A stretch of 64,000 nucleotides of DNA from Eledone cirrhosa (taxonomy: Eukaryota). The stretch's first letter is position 1. The number at the start of each line of letters is the position of its first letter. The translations under genes and the position numbers were made by a program. The notes under the pieces were generated by a model, which saw only the letters and a list, made by a program, of their open reading frames with translations, was not told the DNA's origin and ran no database searches. Of the stretch, positions 58,575 to 64,000 are shown in pieces. The DNA lies in assembly GCA_964016885.1 (NCBI GenBank), contig OZ024746.1:87110001-87174000 (forward strand), given 5' to 3'.

Positions 58575-61500
58575 TACATATATGTATATATATATACATA
58601 GAGAGAGAGAGAGAGAGAGAGTGAGTATCTTACACATATCACTAACGGGTCGATAAGATATCGTTCCCTTGGTATATATACAACAGCAAAATCAGCCTGT
58701 GTATTGAAAAGTAAATAAGTGAGACCAATATAACAGATTGAGATGGTCATTATTATCAGATCAAATTCTTCAACTACCTTTGGAGTTTCTGAATCGGAGA
58801 AGAGGTCAACCAATCAAAAGAACAATATCGCCATCATTAATAGAACCTATTCGAGTTCGGGGTGTGTAAATTCAGTTTAGTTTAAGAAAATTTACCCGTT
58901 AGAGAGATTATATTTCTCATCCATCCAGCATGGTGCAATCAAATTAAATAATAATATTAACGCATACATGTGTGACTCAATGGGAAAAGTATATATTTGT
59001 ATGAACAGACAAAAATTCAGGCCTAAAATGCCGCTAGAAATAGCAGTCATACATGTTCCTTAGTTTCATAATACGTCAGCCTAATCGGGCTCTACATGGT
59101 ATTAAAAACTTGCAATAGTATTAAATATAAACAAGGACAACAGCGGATACTTATGTATTTTGAAAGATGAAATATACCAAGGAAATTAGTGAAAACAATA
59201 TTTATGCCAGGGGATACTTTGAACTGTATAATACACGGTCACTTTCTCTTGTATGTTTGCTATCGAACGTGGTAGAATGAAAAACAAACATTTCCAGTGA
59301 AAATGATAAACGTGGAAGTAGATATGACTATTCAAGTTTTCTGACAAATCCTGTATGTAAACGAGTGAAATATCATCGATATCATAAGTATGAGAGATGT
59401 GTTATTTGAGTGAGAAATCTTCTAATATGAATCGAAAACCGATAACAGGAGAATAAGATACTAGCGCTATATTAATACCCAACATACTTATGCTTAGATA
59501 ACTGGAATATGTTTTATGATATTAATTCCCTATCGCATCATACAGAGTCAGCTATTTCCTTCCGATTTACTAACGGACATACAGAAACAGCTTCCATTCT
59601 GAGGTTAGACAGATGGCGCAGTTGATAAGTGAATTATTATTCGTTATGTTACCGAGATTAATGAAACTACAGTAAATTACACCTACGACAGTCTAGAATT
59701 GAAATACAAATTGCTGTTTCAATTTTGTTTCATTTTTCACATAGATAATTGACTGCACATCAACTTTACAACGATATAGTGTGAACGCACTCGTAGAATG
59801 GAGAGTACAAAATAGAAAACGATGAGGCGAACGGAAAATGCCTTCTCCATTCTGTCCATCGGGTCTGTTTGGTGGCCAACACCTGGGGACCCATATGCTC
59901 ACCATACAGAGAGATGGGGAGGGCGAGAATGATGGAGGCGATGACAGTAGGAGTTCGGCTCTTCCACGTTCGGACCATATCCTTGTGGTTGTGCTCATTG
60001 TCTATAGAGTTTGTAGATGTTTAAGTGTCCTTTATTATGTAGCAGTCTGTGTGATAGATATGTGTATCGGAGACACCGATAATGAAAAGATATTATTTAT
60101 TCCTATGACTGAGTTGTTTCTGTTATTTAGAAGCATAAAAGAAAACATGTGTGACTATATATATTGAACCCTCGTTTTAATCTGAATGTCACTATTAATG
60201 TTGCTCTGTTATTTCCAAAGTCAATATTTTAATATTTAATATTTAATATTCACCGAATAACTGAATTTCTCAGGCAATGAATATTACAGTAATTGAAAGA
60301 CGGTCATGACTGTAAATATTCAAGATTCTATTCTCTAACATCAAATTAGATTACTTGCACTAAAAATCAATTAATATTTTCAAATTATACTTTAATCACT
60401 GCAGACGAAATATAAATTCATAGGCCGCGTGTAAGAAAATTTTAAAGTTTTTATGGTCTCTGATGTCTATTTACCATTGTTTAATGCCCTTGTGTATGGA
60501 CACTCTATTTATTTGTTCTATGCCAATATTTAAATTGTTAATGTTGAAAACGATATATTATAGTATAATTACTTATTTTTATCCATGCAGATCTAACGTT
60601 CAATTCGAACTATATTCATTTTCCATGCCGATCTTCTGAAATGATTAGATTTCTTTTAGCAAGATTTTATAGAATTTTCTTCAAACATATATTTCCTATT
60701 TTTCTGAGGTTGGATATTTTCGAATATATAAATTTACTTATTATGAAATATATATTGCTATATTTCCTCTAGATAATGCATATTGCATTCCATATCTTAA
60801 CCCTTACAATTATGTTTTCCTGTTAGGGTTGAAGGTATATATACATATCTGTATATACATGTTTATGATGTTTTGTTTGATTACATGGCTTTCTTTTCAC
60901 CTGTGAAAACTTATTCACAGTTAAGTGAATTGACTCACTCTGAGTTAAATTTACTGACCACAACAAAAGGGAAAAATCGGAGTACAGGATTAAATTCCGT
61001 GTGCAAACAGTTCAAAAATAGCTCTTCTATTTACGTGAATGTGTGTTCAACCCTACTACAGTTGATATACAATCCATTCCTTAAATTAAGTAATATTAAT
61101 TCTGAGTGATTATATGTATCTACCTATATCCCTTTATTGAGGGTAATACTAGGAGACTAGCATCCGAATTTCGAGGCTTCTTCTTCATAAATTAGCCGCA
61201 ATTCTAGCCACCAAAATATATCAGTTGAAACGTGTGCTGTAGAATAAATACTTACTCATTAGTACAGGATATTTTTGAGCGTCCCCTTTTTCTGTTTCGA
61301 ATGCACAATGTCAAGCTGCATTGTTTGCTTATTTATATGGTGTAGTATTAATAACGTAAAATATAAAATATAATATAAATCATAAGCATCAAAATCTAAG
61401 CATCTCAAATGATGTAAGCAATCACCACTGCCAGGCGTATTATAATGCATAAAGAGACCATTTTTCTCAATATTTCGTTATTTTTTATCATATCCAATGC

Positions 61501-62072
61501 CGTTCAACAACATCATGCTTTATCTCATCAGACTATAAAATTGAATATGTTCCGCACCTGAAAATACCATTGAATGTTATTATGATTTACCGATCTCAAA
61601 TGTTGACAGGCATTTTAGGATTAAAAACAAGTAAATAGTTCACTAACCTCACCTTCAATGACTTGACGCTCTGTCTTATAGTGCATATGTTTGACATACA
61701 ATTTTCAATATTTGTACTGTGTACATTTCTTGAAATATTAATGTAAAACACATTTCGAGAAAGCATAACTATGTTAAAATATCTTTTTTTGTATTAAACT
61801 GATATTTTTACAACAGATTATTTTCGAGTAAAAATGACTTATAAAATGGATTAAATCATGTTATTCTTTTCTTCTGATATTGCATTCAGTTATAATACGA
61901 CTATACCGAAGAACCTTTTCGGTTTTGCCGATTATAGGAATACGTTGGCTTATTGTTTAGGGCTACTACTTATTTTATGGATCTATTCATTAAGAAACGT
62001 GAGACTACGGTTTATTAACTAAGACCCGGCTACAAACACATTCATAAACGTCCACACACGTATATCCACCTG

Positions 62073-62132
<60 letters not shown>

Positions 62133-62154
62133 CACACATACATGTATGTATATA

Positions 62155-63027
62155 CGAGGTGTGTCAGAAAAGTTCCAGGACTGATGTCACAAAAGATTTA
62201 TTTCAAACCCAAATTTCACACTGAGAGTTTTCTCCTTCAAAGTGATCCCTCCGGAGTCTAATGCAGTTTTCCATCCTTTTCTGCCGCGCCTGCATGCAGT
62301 CCAGGAAGGATTCTTCCGGGATCCACAGCAGTTCCATCGTCACGGCCTTTTTGATATCGTCCACGTTTTCAAAACGGGTCCCCTTGATGACCCCCTTCAG
62401 CATCCATGACTCATCACCGGTGATGACTGTCCCTAGCAAGTCTGGTTCGGTTTCAAGACGCTCGAGGATATCCTGGCACACTTCCATGCGTCGACCCTTC
62501 TGGTCATCGTTCAGCAGTTTTGGCACCATCAGTGCGCAGACTTTCCGCATGTCCAAATCTTCCGTGAGAATCTTCCAGACGTTGTCCCGATTCATGACCA
62601 GCTCATCTGACCCGATTCATTCCCAGCTCATACGCACCATCTGACTGACGCACTCAACGTTGACATCAGTCCTGGTTGCTGAGGGCCTTCCGCTCCTGCG
62701 GTCATCGTCCTTCTTTAAACCTCTTGTACCGCTCAAAAACACATGAGCGTGACATCGTCTCATCTCCATACACTTGCTGCAGCAATCCCAGTGCCTCTGA
62801 CGGAGTTTTCAATTTTGTTCGTTGCTCTGTGCTCATTGCTTGACGACCTGAAACAGAGGACATGTATATACAATTATGAAGAAAAAAGTTTGATCGCTGC
62901 AGAGAGCTAAGATTACAGTTACATACTCCAGGGGGATTACTTTGACGGAGAAAACTCTTAGTGTGGAGTTTGCGTTTGAAATAAATCTTTTGTGACATCA
63001 GACCTGGACATTTTCTGACACACCTCG
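62155..63027 (-). mobile_element. Internally deleted mariner transposon with both TIRs and TA TSD
   Basis: ~53-bp TIRs (CGAGGTGTGTCAGAAAA...). Transposase pieces LQQVYGDETMSRSCVFE..KRFKEGR, MRKVCA..VPKLL and ITGDESW are joined directly to LKGVIKGTRF, so the catalytic core is deleted. Confidence 0.92.
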
Positions 63028-64000
63028 TATATATATATATATATACATGTATGTGTGTGTGTGTATATATATATATTTATTTATATACAGGTGGATATAC
63101 TTGAGCGGACGTTTATGAATGCGTTTGTGGCTTATCTTCTGCACTGCATATGTATATGCATTGCAGAAGATAAGCTGCGTATACATGGTTGTTACGCTGT
63201 AACATCTTGAGGATTACCCGGTTTGAATGATCCAAAAGCACTTTCACCAGTAGTGTATTCTATCTAAATGTTGCTGCTTAGGACTGACGTAGTATACAAT
63301 ATACAAATTATAAGTAGTTAAGTTATTTCACCATAAATTCTTTATTGCATGATATATATTTCTGTAATTGGTTATGCATGTGACTTCATCAGATGCTCAT
63401 ACAATCATAGGTGTAGTTGTGAACTCATGTGGATTTGACGCTGGCCAGGTATTACCTTCCAGCCATGATGGCAGTACACATATATATATACCATAGAAAA
63501 AATAGAAAGATCAGAAATAGAAAATAACTGTGAACAGCACTTATATATATATATATAAATGAGGATTTCTCATGAATGAAACAGTTCTAGTCCTGTTGAA
63601 GCTCTTCCATATTAAAACTATATATATATATATATATATATAGGAGAAAGTATGACCCCAACGGCAGACCTCAAGCTGTTTTGACGGCTATTTCTGGACT
63701 AAAGTAAGAGTTTTTGTTAGTCTGGTAAATAACATTTAAAGGGGTACTTCCTTATATGGGAAGATTGTAGTTGTCAAGAGGATTGGTGAAAATTTGTAAC
63801 AGACACAGAAAAGTCTATCATGGCAGTGGGTGTGGAGTGGGGGTGGTGAACTTGCCTGTAGAACAATAGGGAAGTGGGTAGAGCCGGTTAAGCGTTGAAG
63901 GTGAAATCTGCACAGCAAAGTATAAGGAATGTGTATCAAAGTAAGCCAGGGGAGGTAGGCGAAAAAAGGTTTCTTTAGAAAATGGAGGAGGGACGTTATA

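Noticed and set aside
59766-60000. GC-richer ORFs on both strands
   Set aside because: No domain can be supported; probably an old LINE 3' fragment.

Overview
This is an AT-rich, repeat-dominated eukaryotic window. The tRNA-derived SINEs resemble octopus/cephalopod SINEs as I recall them, so a coleoid cephalopod is my inference. I can support no intact host protein-coding gene: most ORFs in the track are translations of (TA)n, (CA)n, (GA)n, (TAA)n or (GAA)n microsatellites, and the recognisable rest are transposon relics (RTE, R4/Dong and CR1 LINEs, Tc1/mariner, pogo/Tc2, Chapaev, Helitron). The main signal is a population of type I hammerhead ribozyme (HHR) motifs tied to Penelope-like elements (PLEs) inserted in (TA)n. 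It includes: (i) a ~312-bp tandem-plus-inverted array at 5349-7080 with five intact HHRs, i.e. a retrozyme-like, circRNA-type unit; (ii) a decayed PLE (RT + GIY-YIG) with inverted pseudo-LTRs at 32775-36510; (iii) a non-autonomous family with a fixed non-canonical core, CAGAAGA; (iv) HHRs with a very long helix II; (v) HHRs with a U3-A8 core covariant. All folds were worked out by eye, ribozyme activity is untested, and the boundaries of old relics are approximate.
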